NCBI GenBank assembly: GCA_963841735.1 | Contig: CAWJDT010000001.1 | Span: 1,568,001-1,632,000, forward strand | Reading direction: 5' to 3' | DNA length: 64,000 nt | Source of the DNA: an uncultured Actinomycetes bacterium | GTDB taxonomy: Bacteria; Actinomycetota; Thermoleophilia; RBG-16-64-13 | In this document: in pieces, positions 1 to 10,347 of the stretch | Position numbering within the stretch: the stretch's first letter is position 1 | How the letters are laid out: each line of letters opens with the position of its first letter | Translations under genes and position numbers: made by a program | The notes under the pieces: model-generated | The model's input: only the letters and a program-made list of their open reading frames with translations | Told to the model about the DNA's origin: nothing | The model's database searches: none

Positions 1-476
1 TGCCGGCCGTCTCTTGCGGGCTGAGGTCTACGCAGATAAGGTTGAGATCCATGCCGACGCCACGCTCGTGGCCACCCATCTCCGCAGCTACCGTCGCGAC
101 CAGAGCTTCCTGGATCTGGCCCACTATCTGCCTGCCTTTGCGAGAAAGCCTCGGGCGGCCGGCTGCTGCGCCGCCCTTCATCAGGCCGATCCGGTGTTCT
201 TGCGCGCCCGGGACCGTCTGCTCGCCGATCCCGGTGGATACCGGGTCTTTGCCGAGATTCTCATGCTGGGGCTGCGCTTCGATCTTGAGATCCTGGCCGA
301 AGCCCTGGGCGAGTGCTCTAGCCTCCGGGAGACTCTCGGTCGAGGGTGTCCGCCAGCATTGTCTTAACCTCACCCACCCGGCGCCGCAGCATGTGGAGGT
401 GCCTGAGTTCTTGGCTCTGCGCCTTCCCCGGCCGGATCTTTCTCGCTACGACGCCTTGGCGGCGGTGGCCCGATGA
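1..476 (+). CDS. istA: IS21 transposase IstA, 3' part (frameshift near 335)
   Basis: VEIHADATLVATHLRSY...HYLPAFARKPRA, and a C-terminal RPDLSRYD motif in a second frame. Overlaps the istB start (ATGA). Confidence 0.75.
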   Translation, partial: PAVSCGLRSTQIRLRSMPTPRSWPPISAATVATRASWIWPTICLPLRESLGRPAAAPPFIRPIRCSCAPGTVCSPIPVDTGSLPRFSCWGCASILRSWPKPWASALASGRLSVEGVRQHCLNLTHPAPQHVEVPEFLALRLPRPDLSRYDALAAVAR

Positions 477-1240
477 ACTCAGAGGTCGTCGCGGCCCAGG
501 TCAAGCTCTTCACCCAGGAGCTGAAGATGCCGGGGCTGCGCACTCATTTCGAGGAGATCGCCCGAGAAGCAAGAGGCACCGGGGAATCCCACGAGGCCTA
601 TCTGGTTGCCTGTCTGCGGGCCGAGATCGAGTCCCGGCGAGAGCACCGGCTGCAAGATCGCCTGAAACAAGCCCGCTTCCCCCACCGAAAGACGCTCGAT
701 GAGTTCGACTTCACCCTGGTGCCGTCGGTCTCCAAGGAAGAGGTTCTCAGCCTCGGGCAGGGTGAGTTCGTGCGCGCCCGGGAGAACGTCATCCTCCTGG
801 GGGCCAGCGGCACCGGCAAGACCCATCTCGCCCAGGCCATCGGACACGCCGCCATCTACGCCGGCGCTCGGGTCCGCTTTACGAGCGCGGTCGCGCTGGC
901 CCAAGAACTACTCGCGGCTCAGGATGAGCATCGTCTACCACGCTACCTAAAGAGCTGGCAGAAGAGCGACCTTGCCATCGTCGATGAACTCGGATATCTG
1001 GCACTCGGGCCGGGAGGCCCCTTGCTCTTCCAGTTCTTCGCCGAGCGCTACGAGAAAGGCTCGGTGCTCGTGACCTCCAACCTGGAGTTCTCCCGCTGGA
1101 GCGAGGTCTTCGGTGATCCGGTGCTCACCGCGGCTCTTCTTGATCGCCTCACCCACCACAGCCACATCCTGGTGTTCGAAGGGGAGTCCTACCGGTTCAG
1201 GGAGAGCCAGAAGCAGAAGACGAGATCTCAGGCGAAGTGA
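473..1240 (+). CDS. istB: IS21 helper ATPase IstB
   Basis: ARFP..KTLDEFDF, Walker A GASGTGKT, VDELGY, TSNLEFSRW, AALLDRLTHH. Confidence 0.95.
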   Translation: MNSEVVAAQVKLFTQELKMPGLRTHFEEIAREARGTGESHEAYLVACLRAEIESRREHRLQDRLKQARFPHRKTLDEFDFTLVPSVSKEEVLSLGQGEFVRARENVILLGASGTGKTHLAQAIGHAAIYAGARVRFTSAVALAQELLAAQDEHRLPRYLKSWQKSDLAIVDELGYLALGPGGPLLFQFFAERYEKGSVLVTSNLEFSRWSEVFGDPVLTAALLDRLTHHSHILVFEGESYRFRESQKQKTRSQAK

Positions 1241-1297
1241 CCGGGGTGGTCAACTATTCGATGATCGAGGTGGTCAACTTTTCGGTTGACGAACACA

Positions 1298-1866
1298 CAC
1301 CAGGAAGTAGCTGGCCTGGGCCACCACCGGGGCGATCTTGGCGAGCTTGCTCTCGAAGCACACGCACTCGTAGAGGCCGTAGGCGTCTTCTAGGGTGAGG
1401 AACATCGTCCTTTTCCCCGAGCGCATCCAGGGGTTCTGGGCCCGTTCATAGACGCCGGCCACCGTAACCGGCACCTCGTCGCCCATACTGGGGAGTTCGT
1501 AGCTCATGCGCACGCCCATGCGGCGGAGTTCCTCCTCATATAGAGAGAGGGGATGGCAGGCAACCGTGAGTCCCAGGAGTTCGAGTTCGGAGCGGACCTT
1601 GTCTTCCAGGCTCCAGCGGCGCTCCAGGCCCGCGCGGCTGGGCGGGGAAAAAAACGCCCGCAGTTGGCCGCGCCTCCCTCCGGACGACCCGGCCAGTGCC
1701 TCCAGACGATCATGAAGAAGTGGCAGTCTCCAGAGCAGTTCGGTGCGGTCGGGCTCCAGGGAGTCGAAGGCTCCCACCCGGATGAGGTTCTCGGCCACGG
1801 GGCAGTCGATGCGGGTGCGCAGGTAGAAGTCCTCGAAGCTGGTGAAGGGGCCGTGGCGGCGCTCCT
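1298..1866 (-). pseudogene. dnaE2: dnaE2 internal/3' fragment, copy A
   Basis: Colinear with 10513-11081 with mostly synonymous differences. Cut by IS21 on the left and by the cassette junction GCTCCT|AGAC on the right. Confidence 0.92.
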
Positions 1867-1900
1867 AGACGGTTTGACCGCAGCCGCCTCGCCAGGAAGG

Positions 1901-1930
1901 TTGACAGGCACAAGCCGGGTCTGATAGCGT
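1901..1930 (+). promoter_or_regulatory. sigma70-type promoter of cassette 1
   Basis: TTGACA-N18-TAGCGT with an extended TG, about 35 bp inside the junction. Confidence 0.55.
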
Positions 1931-2183
1931 TCGACGCCTTGCACCAGTCGTAACGTCGGATGGGTTGGGACCCATCGGGGGGGTGACGAATTGGGTGGTC
2001 GCGGCCTCATACCTCAGTCTCACCTCAGCTCCTGTGTCTGCGGGCTACGTCCCGCCTTCACTCCCCCGGACTATGTCTCGTCGGTCGACGCGCATCGCGA
2101 CGGTTTCTGGTACTGAAGGGGGGCGCCCACAGCAACGTAGTTGCCCATTCCAGCAAGGGGAAGCGCTTCAAAGGGGTAGACGC

Positions 2184-4334
2184 ATGTCGAGACGTCGAAG
2201 AACGTTCAGCTTCATAGTTGTTGCCCTCTTGCTTTTCTGTACGGCAGTTCTCCTTGACAGCCGATCCGAAGCGGCCGCCACTATCGACGAGGTGCAGCCA
2301 ACGCACGACGCCCAGTGGATCACAGAGAGTGAACCTGCGGTGGTGCAGGCGGCAAGAGTTCGTGAGCTCTCGGAGCTGAGAACCGACAGGTCCAAGACCT
2401 TCGAGCTGGCTGATGGGCAAAGAGAATGGGTGGGCTACGGAGAGGCGGTTCACTACCGAGATGCGAGTGGCGCGTACCAGGACATCGACGACAGCATTGT
2501 GACTGATGCCAAGCAGATTGACGGAAGCAGCTATTCCTTTAGGAACGGAGCCAACGCCTTCACCGCTCGGTTCGGGGCGGATGCAGCCGATCCCCGGCTT
2601 ATCATGATTGAGTACCAGGGCGCTTCCATCGCCTTCGGTCCGGCTGGTGCGAAGGCCTCCGTCGCGACAGAGACGGCTGACGTCAAGAGCGAGGCCCTCG
2701 CCGACATGACCTACGGAGAGAACCTGGTCGGGTATCCAGAGGTCTACCCGGGAATCGATCTCTTCTACGAGCTCAAGACATACGGGGTCAAGGAATACCT
2801 CACGTTGCGGCACCAGACCACCTCAAACGAGTTCACTTTCAATCTGATTCTGAAAGGGCTCACCCCGAAAGAAGCCGATGGCCGCATCACCTTCGTGAAC
2901 GACCAGGGCGAGACTCTCTTCTGGTTGGGCGAGCCTGTGGCGGTGGACGAGGCCGGGGTGGCAACCAAGGATGTTGCCTACACGATCTCCGGCAAAGGAA
3001 GCGAGTACAAACTCACGGTCAAGGTGTCACAGACCTATCTCGATGACGCCGAACGCGTCTATCCGGTGATCGTGGATCCGGACTTCCTGATCACTGGGAA
3101 CGCCGATACCTATGACACATACGTGAGTTCGCGGTATCCCGATTCCATATACACGTACAACACCTACCTGAGGACTGGCAGGGACAGCGACTACTACACA
3201 AGAAGGACCTATCTCAGGTTCGACTTGAGCGATGCATACGGCATCGGGTCGGACAATGTCACGGGTGCCTACATCCGTCTGGAGAAGTACAGCGGAGCAA
3301 CCCCGGCGATAACCGCGTATCGCAATACCGGCAGTTGGTCTTCGGGGACAGTCACCTGGAACAATCGGCCATCCTATACCACCAGCGAATGCTCGACCAC
3401 TGCATACAACGATAGTGGCGCCTGGTGGCGCATGTACAACCTCACAGTGGTGAAGAAGTGGCTGAATGGGACATATCCCCAGTGGGGGTGGATGATCAAG
3501 GACGCCGCGGATTTGTCTGGAACGACCCAGTGGACCACCTTCTACGCCTGCGATGCCCCGTCGCCCCACAAGCCCGAGCTCCACATCCAGTACAACCTAA
3601 GTCCGATAGCCGCTGCTTTTGGCTACAACGTGGACGGGCCGGGACAAGATCCGAATCCTGACATCCACACTTGGTACGCAGCACAAGACGCGGCTTCTTG
3701 CATGGCGGGTGTGGGGTACAGCGCCCAGGCCTACAAGAACTACAGCGCCTACACTCTGTACAACAGCTTTGGCCCAGACGCAATCTGGTACTGGGCGTTT
3801 CACGGTGGCGTAGATGGGGGCTGGCTCACAGCAAAGAAGTGCGTAGACGATCCCCCGTACGTTGCGAATTAGGTGCAGTATCTTGAGGCATTGCCTAACC
3901 ACGCCAACACCCCGGGAGCTGATTCGAACACCAACGGAGCTCACTTCTATCTGAACAACCTGAATGCAGCTACGGCCACAAGGACTCTCTTGGCAGTCTT
4001 TCAAGGATGCTACACAGGACTGTACAGGGTCGGCCACAACGGCGACCGGAACTACAACTTGTGTGGTGTGGTGGTATTGAAGGGCGTCGATTGCTCCATC
4101 GGTTTCCAAGATGAGATAAGTGCAAAGGTGAATGACGACAACAACCCCACGCGGTATTGGGCCGACTGCTTCTTCAGTTCTCTAGCCGCCAATGACTTGG
4201 GAGTATCCGACGCCGCGGCATGGGCATCCTGGGCGTTTATTGATCACTATGGCGACTTCGGAGGGTATGACTCCTACATCATATTCGGCGACTACAATCT
4301 GAAGATCCTGCCGCAGCGCTACGGAGGGGGCTAG
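2184..4334 (+). CDS. Secreted DNRLRE-like scaffold protein with a C-terminal clan-CD (caspase/gingipain-like) domain; in-frame TAG at 3870-3872
   Basis: Signal peptide; ELRTDRSKTF and YPVIVDP motifs as in Rhs/WapA-like N-termini; DTYVSS...RRTYLRFDL...VTWNNRP...PELHIQY. YWAFHGG lies before the TAG and VFQGCYTG after it; ORF 3873..4334 continues in the same frame. Confidence 0.7.
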
Positions 4335-4405
4335 GCCGTCTTCCCGGTGGAGACCGAGCTTGATGGCAGTGTGATTGAGGGTACCGATAGCGATTGGAGA
4401 AGACG

Positions 4406-4873
4406 ATGAGGAGAACAAAGCTCAACATTCTGGTGGTTGCTCTTGCCGTCCTCTTGATTGGTGGCTTGGTCGCCGGTGTCATCCTAGCCAGGACAGCCGC
4501 CGTCGTTGCCCAGCCCGACCTCCTCGCGGTTGCCGGGAAGCAACTGCAGACGGCTCTGGGAATCCCGGAGCAGGTGGTAAGCGTTTCCACCTCTCAGAAC
4601 CCCGCGCTTCCGGGCACAGATACTGTTCTCCAATGGGATGGTGGCCGTGCCTGGGTCAATAGCGATACGGGTGCAATTGTGGGACTGCTTCAGGAGCGAA
4701 CGGAAGGCGACAACAAAGCCCCCTTCCTGGAAGACTCGCAACTGGCCGAAGCGGCAGCCAGCTTCCTCGCAAGTGTGGGGTGGGATGACATTGCTCTCGC
4801 TGCCGCTGGCTTCAGGGGCGGGCGTGGGCTCGACGGCATGGAGGTCAGACTCGGCAGTCGGCCGTTGTTGTAG
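4406..4873 (+). CDS. Membrane-anchored/secreted hypothetical protein (possibly C-terminally truncated)
   Basis: N-terminal hydrophobic helix; GGAG SD; directly downstream of the effector-like gene. Confidence 0.6.
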   Translation: MRRTKLNILVVALAVLLIGGLVAGVILARTAAVVAQPDLLAVAGKQLQTALGIPEQVVSVSTSQNPALPGTDTVLQWDGGRAWVNSDTGAIVGLLQERTEGDNKAPFLEDSQLAEAAASFLASVGWDDIALAAAGFRGGRGLDGMEVRLGSRPLL

Positions 4874-4909
4874 GAAGCACCGCATCCTCTTGTTGCGAAG
4901 GGTGCACAA

Positions 4910-5325
4910 ATGAGGTATCCGAGACTGTCTCAGGCTTTGGGCGTTGTCTTCTGCCTTGTTGCGCTTGGGATTGCAGGCGGCTGCTCGCACGGGAGTGTTC
5001 CAGCCGACCAAGACGGCGGGGACTCGTCATCAAGCGCATCTGGTTCGGTCCCACCCCGTATGCCCGATCCGATCACTACTCGTTGGCCGCTCGGGCTCGA
5101 GAACGTGGTGGCCGCCCAGGGAGACCAGCTGTGTGTCGTTGACGCCCAAGGGCTCGTATTCCGCGAACGGAACCCCCCGCTCACAGTCATGGCGCGGGAC
5201 GAACAATCGGCTACGTTCAGCTATGCTCTGAGCAACAACGGAAAGTACATCGCCTACCTTGCCACACGCGGGGAACTGCTTGTGCGGGCAACAGCTACTG
5301 GGCGACAGACTGGGTCGGTGCCGAT
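4910..5325 (+). pseudogene. Lipoprotein with a TolB-like propeller start, truncated by dnaE2 copy B
   Basis: Lipobox IAGGC; ALSNNGKYIAY repeat; the frame runs into dnaE2-homologous sequence at 5326. Confidence 0.7.
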
Positions 5326-7132
5326 TAGGCGTCCTCTAGGGTGAGGAACATCGTCCTTTTCCCCGAGCGCATCCAGGGGTTCTGGGCCCGCTCGTAGACG
5401 CCGGCCACCGTCACCGGCACCTCGTCTCCCAGAGCTCGTGTCGGAATGACGCTTCGCCGCTAGGACGCGATCGGCGCGGGTGAGGCAAGGACGCAGGGAG
5501 CGTTCGTAGCGGAGCTACGGGCGCGACTGAGGACGATGGATCACACCGCCCAGTGCGAGCTCGGCGGCCAAGGCTTCGTTTCGACACGAGCTCAAAGCCG
5601 GGGAGCTCGTAGCTCATGCGCACGCCCATGCGGCGGAGTTCCTCCTCATATAGAGAGAGGGGATGGCAGCTCACCGTGAGTCCCAGGAGTTCGAGTTCGG
5701 AGCGGACCTTGTCCTCGAGGCTCCACCGGCGCTCTAGGCCCGCGCGGCTGGGCGGGGAAAAGAATGCCCGCAGTTGGCCGCGCCTCCCTCCGGACGACCC
5801 GGCCAGCGCCTCGAGGCGATCATGAAGAAGTGGCAGTCTCCAGAGCAGTTCGGTGCGGTCGGGCTCCAGCGAGTCGAAGGCCCCCACCCGGATGAGGTTC
5901 TCGGCCACCGGGCAGTCGATGCGGGTGCGCAGGTAGAAGTCCTCGAAGGATGTGAAGGGGCCGTGGCGGCGCTCCTGTTCGATGCGGTCGAGGGAGCGGT
6001 CGCCCATCTGCTTGAGGTACTTGAACCCCACCCGCAGGGCCCGGCCGGCGTCGGGGGCGATGCCGGCGCTGGGGGCGAGGCAGGCGCCCGGCTCCACGCC
6101 GCCGCGGGCGCGGGGCGCGCGGGGGAGGGTGAGGTCGCCGGGGTCGGGGGCGGCGCCCCGTGGGCGCGCCGCCTCGGCCGGCGGTAGCTCACCACCCGGT
6201 GTCAGACTGACGGCCGGTGGGGCGGCGCTCCCGGTCGAAACAGCGCCAGATTTCGCATCATCCCCACGGTGATCGTCGGCGGAAAGCTGCTGCTCCAGCG
6301 CCACCCGCAGGGCCTCGGCATAGGCCGACTCGCCCTCCTGCTCGGCGGCCAGCTCGGCCAGGTCGGCCTCGGTGAGGCCCCAGTGGTGCTCGGCGGTCCA
6401 GGCCTGGGCGAAGGGGTCGTAGGGGGCTTGCGCCCCGGGGGTGTGCGGCGCCGCTCCGGAGGTGTCCCAAACGGTCGGGGGTTCGGTGTCTTCCACGGTA
6501 AAGCCGCGCCCCGAAAGGTTGATGTCAAGGGGTCTAACCTCCAGCCCGAAGCGCCGGGCATCGTTCAGCACCGTTCTTGGGGTGTAGAAGCCCATGGGGT
6601 AGTTGTTCAGCACCGAGCACAGGAACTCGGCCGGGTAGTAGGCCTTGAGGTAGGCGGTGGCGTAGGCGATGACGGCGAAGCACACCGAGTGGCTCTTGTT
6701 GAACCCGTAGGCGGCGAAGCCCTCCAGCTGGCGGAAGACCTCGCGGGCGGCGTCGGGGGGCACTCCCTGGGCGATGGCGCCGGCGATGAAGGTCTCGCCG
6801 ATCTTGGCCATCTCCTCCCGGCTGCGGTCGCGGGTCATGGCGCGGCGGAGGGAGTCGGCGTCGGCCAGGTCGAACCCGGCCACCGACTGGGCTATGCGCA
6901 GCACCTGCTCCTGGTAGAGGATCACCCCGTAGGTATCGGCCACGGCCTCGGCCATGGCGGGGTGGGGGAGGACGACAGGCTCCAGGCCCCAGCGGCGGTC
7001 GATGAAGGGGCCGATCATCTCGGCCTCCAGCGGTCCGGGGCGGTAGAGGGCGATGGCGGCGATGACGTCGTCGAAGTCCCGCTCCTGCAGACGGCTGGCG
7101 AGGTTGCGCTGGCCGGCCGACTCCAGTTGGAA
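5326..7132 (-). pseudogene. dnaE2: dnaE2 internal fragment, copy B (contains a MITE)
   Basis: Colinear with 10595-12276 (TYGVILYQEQV, FAAYGFNKSH). Its low-complexity linker differs from that of the full gene. Confidence 0.93.
5432..5593. mobile_element. 162-bp MITE-like insertion
   Basis: Absent from copy A and the full gene. Terminal inverted repeats GAGCTCGTGTCGGAA / TTTCGACACGAGCTC (14 of 15 match). Confidence 0.85.
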
Positions 7133-7539
7133 GTCTGGTGCATCACGCTACTTTCTTGCGACGTGGCTGCACTGTGTTTGCCGGCGGAGTCCTGTGCTCG
7201 CCGAGGTCCACTCTTCTGGCAATCGGACGCATGGCGCGAGAAGGATCCTCGCAAATTGCGGGTTTCGTGCAGGAGGAGCTGTCGAGAATGGCACCATTCG
7301 GTAGGAGCCGGACATTTGTATGAGTAGGAGCGATGAGGTGCAAGGGGCCTCACCATGCACGCCGCAAACACTGATGGAGGGGCCTATCGAGTCTTCGGTC
7401 TGAACTCATCGGGGGGCCAGAGATGAGAGGCCCACCTTGACAACACAACAACGAAGCCTTGATGCGGGTTGTGCAATGACGGTAGCGGTTTTGAACGCAC
7501 TTTGTGTTTGACCCCATGCCAACAAACGGAGGAGGGACG

Positions 7540-8943
7540 ATGAACACTAGGCGACTCGCGGTCACAGCACTCGTAGTCGCAATGTCATTGCTGGTGCTCT
7601 TCAGCTCGATAGCCCTGGCGGCAGATGACGCATATCCGGCTGGCTATGAAGTGAGACTGCCAGCCATAACCGACAGCGCGCTTGACTATTCGGCGGTCAC
7701 GACGGTCATAGCGGGCTACTTCACGACCTACTACCGAAGCATAGAGCAATTGGCCGTAGCGCCGGAACTCGCCGACTACATCATCGATAACGACGAGACC
7801 CACTTGTACACTTGCGCCTTGCAGTATTCGATTGACTGGCGCAAGGCGTCCGGCCCTGACCTCGCCGGCATAGTGGATACCAAGGTGGAACGTGTCGACA
7901 TCAAGTACGCAAAGCAGAGCAGCGATCGGCCGCTTGAGGTAGTGGCAGCTGTGGGGGTCGGCTTTCGTTATCTTGCCGATCCTTCGCAAACAAGGGCCAG
8001 GGCAGAGCTTCTGTGGGAAATTGGGATAGATACGATAGACGGCGACCTTAGGATAGCGAGCCTCAACTCGGAAGCCAGCGACTATCGCTGGCGGAAGGCA
8101 GAAGTTGAAGAGAAGCTCAGGAGCGTCGATAACGCGGCGTATACGAAGACCGATGCAATCGACGAGCTGTATGCAGAGCTTCACTCTCAGATCAGTTCAC
8201 ACGTTGTCGGGCCCACAGAGGTACCGACCCCTGGTGAGGATACATCTGCAGAAGAAGAGGACAAGGCGGCTGCCGTAGCCGCGAGCCCGTCCATCATGAT
8301 GTATTCGCGGCCTTACGACGGGTATAAGGCAGCCTATTATGGCAGATGCAAAGGAGACAGCGCAGGAACGGGGATATTCCGCAACATGCACGACTGTGGT
8401 GGCTACGACTGTACCAACTTTGTGTCTCAGTGCATCTGGGCTGGCTACGGTGGAACCCAGAACTATGACATTACCACTCAGCAAGGGATGGCTGCGTGTG
8501 CCCAGTTGGCCCGACAGGACTACAGACAGATCCGATACAACCAGGCCGACCCCTGGTACGGGCGTAGCGTACTCAGTCCCCCCACGTATCCAGCACAGGA
8601 CTGGATATCAGTAGACTACCTATATGGCCATATACAAACGGACTCCATGGGACCCCGAGGCACGCACCACAACAATCACAATCTCTATAACAGCTCCATA
8701 GGCCAGAGTCTGGCGGTGTACGTGGGTCATGTTATTCAAATTGACCATGCGGCTTATGCCGCCCCGTATTATCACTCGATGATGGTGGTTTCTAGCTGGG
8801 GCACCCTGTCGAATCCCTATGCCATCTATGTGGCACAGCACGATGGCAACTATTCCTTTCGTCAGTTTTATGACGCTATGTACGAAAACAACTGTTGGTA
8901 CGCACGAACTATCAGGTTTACAAGCGGTTCGTTCAACGAGTAG
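7540..8943 (+). CDS. Secreted putative amidase (amidase_6-like) protein
   Basis: Signal peptide; GGYDCTNFVSQCIWAG, YYHSMMV and AQH motifs; GGAGG SD. Confidence 0.8.
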   Translation: MNTRRLAVTALVVAMSLLVLFSSIALAADDAYPAGYEVRLPAITDSALDYSAVTTVIAGYFTTYYRSIEQLAVAPELADYIIDNDETHLYTCALQYSIDWRKASGPDLAGIVDTKVERVDIKYAKQSSDRPLEVVAAVGVGFRYLADPSQTRARAELLWEIGIDTIDGDLRIASLNSEASDYRWRKAEVEEKLRSVDNAAYTKTDAIDELYAELHSQISSHVVGPTEVPTPGEDTSAEEEDKAAAVAASPSIMMYSRPYDGYKAAYYGRCKGDSAGTGIFRNMHDCGGYDCTNFVSQCIWAGYGGTQNYDITTQQGMAACAQLARQDYRQIRYNQADPWYGRSVLSPPTYPAQDWISVDYLYGHIQTDSMGPRGTHHNNHNLYNSSIGQSLAVYVGHVIQIDHAAYAAPYYHSMMVVSSWGTLSNPYAIYVAQHDGNYSFRQFYDAMYENNCWYARTIRFTSGSFNE

Positions 8944-9008
8944 TTCGGACAGCCGACGCGGGGGCGCATGTTGCTACATGCGCTCCCGCATCATCATGCG
9001 AGGTGGTA

Positions 9009-10082
9009 ATGAAGAGGGTTAGCGCAGTTGTCCTGAGCATCGGCGTTTTGTGCGCGTATCTGGTCGGCTGTACAGGAGCGGAAGGGGCAGTGACCAGCAG
9101 TGGCTTCTCGGCTACCGCAGAGACGGCGATAGGACCTGAGACGGGCACTGAGACCGGGGTGGCGAGCTTTGTCTGGCGACCAGACGCGAAGCAGGGATAC
9201 GGTTCAGACGTTGCCAATAGACGGGCCTACGGAAACCTCGATGGCGGCGACGGGATGCTCTACTTTCGGGCCTACAATGGCCGTGAGTCTCCGCTTTGCT
9301 CGCTGTTCTCACTTGATGAGGCAACTGGCGAGACCAAGGAGTTGGCAGACGATTGCTACGGCATGGTGAATCTTGCCGGGGACTGCGTCTTCTACATAGG
9401 TGAGGTGAGTGAAGGGGTCTTTTGCTACAACACACAGACTCGGCAGGTGACCCAGGTGTATGAGGGGCCGGTGCTCAATCTGCTGGCCACAAGAGACTAT
9501 GTATATATCATCAGCCAGGCACTTGAGCTGCTAGAGCTGGAACGGGGGAGCGGGGCAATACGAGAGGTGATGAAAGGCGTCTGGTACCAGTATCTAGAGG
9601 CGATCCAGGGCGCTGTGTATTTTGCCCAGATGATGCCTGACGAGATGCACTGCAGATTGTACAGAATACCTCCCGGGGCTCCAGGTGGTGCGGATCCCGT
9701 CTATGACGGGGTCGCGTGCCCACTGAAGGTGATGGGGACGCGCGTCCTGTGCGGGGGTAGTGAGAGCGCCGAGTTGCTCGACATGGACAGCGGGCAGAAG
9801 GTGAGTCTGTATCGGTGGGATAGCGGGGCGGGTTTGCCGGCTGCCAATGGGAATGGCGTGTTCCACGTCACGATCGACGATCAGGGATATGCAGAGCTGT
9901 CCGTGTTCGACTTAGAGCGCGAGACAACGTCCACGCTGATGCCGGTACATGGTGGGGCGGTCTACTTCGTTGATGGAGAGATGTACCTCGTGAGCCCGGC
10001 GAACCTTGACATAGAGCGGGTCATTCTTGATCCGAGCGATCCGCGTACTGAGTGGGTCGTGCGGGGTGACAGTCCGAGATAG
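9009..10082 (+). CDS. Beta-propeller lipoprotein (DUF5050-like)
   Basis: Lipobox YLVGC; repeated LYF/VFY/VYF strands. Confidence 0.65.
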   Translation: MKRVSAVVLSIGVLCAYLVGCTGAEGAVTSSGFSATAETAIGPETGTETGVASFVWRPDAKQGYGSDVANRRAYGNLDGGDGMLYFRAYNGRESPLCSLFSLDEATGETKELADDCYGMVNLAGDCVFYIGEVSEGVFCYNTQTRQVTQVYEGPVLNLLATRDYVYIISQALELLELERGSGAIREVMKGVWYQYLEAIQGAVYFAQMMPDEMHCRLYRIPPGAPGGADPVYDGVACPLKVMGTRVLCGGSESAELLDMDSGQKVSLYRWDSGAGLPAANGNGVFHVTIDDQGYAELSVFDLERETTSTLMPVHGGAVYFVDGEMYLVSPANLDIERVILDPSDPRTEWVVRGDSPR

Positions 10083-10322
10083 GAGGGAGGGCCGCAAGAC
10101 CTTGAGAGGGCGCGGGGCACCGATGGACGGGGAGGGAACGAGACCTGGATAGGTGGAGGGAAGGGAATCAAACCATCCGCGGTTCCGGCGCTCGGCTCGG
10201 GAGAACTGGCCCCTGGGGATGTCGTCCACGGTGCGATCGCGCTCCAGTTCACCGAGGAGGCGGCGGTGACCGGGAAGCTCACGTTCTACGACCTACCCTC
10301 CCTCACCGTGAGCATCGAGTAG
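10083..10322 (+). pseudogene. Orphan 3' gene remnant (DUF4352-like C-terminus)
   Basis: Open frame with no start near its 5' end, ...GSGELAPGDVVHGAIALQF...LTVSIE*. Confidence 0.4.
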
Positions 10323-10347
10323 AACTAGTCGGGGGCCGCTTCTGCGG

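Larger units (their letters stand above)
1..1295 (+). mobile_element. IS21-family insertion sequence (right part)
   Basis: istA C-terminus plus istB, then a terminal region with repeated GTGGTCAACT motifs ending ...GTTGACGAACA at 1295 (CA end typical of IS21). It abuts a dnaE2 fragment. Confidence 0.9.

Noticed and set aside
1865-1868. CTAG as a common recombination core at cassette junctions
   Set aside because: Present at 1865, near 5336 and at 37167, but absent at 7132 and 38274, and CTAG is frequent across the window.
3870-3872. Genome-wide amber recoding
   Set aside because: Many conserved genes here (dctP, dctM, ccoN, amtB, glnK, tatA, NYN) end normally at TAG.
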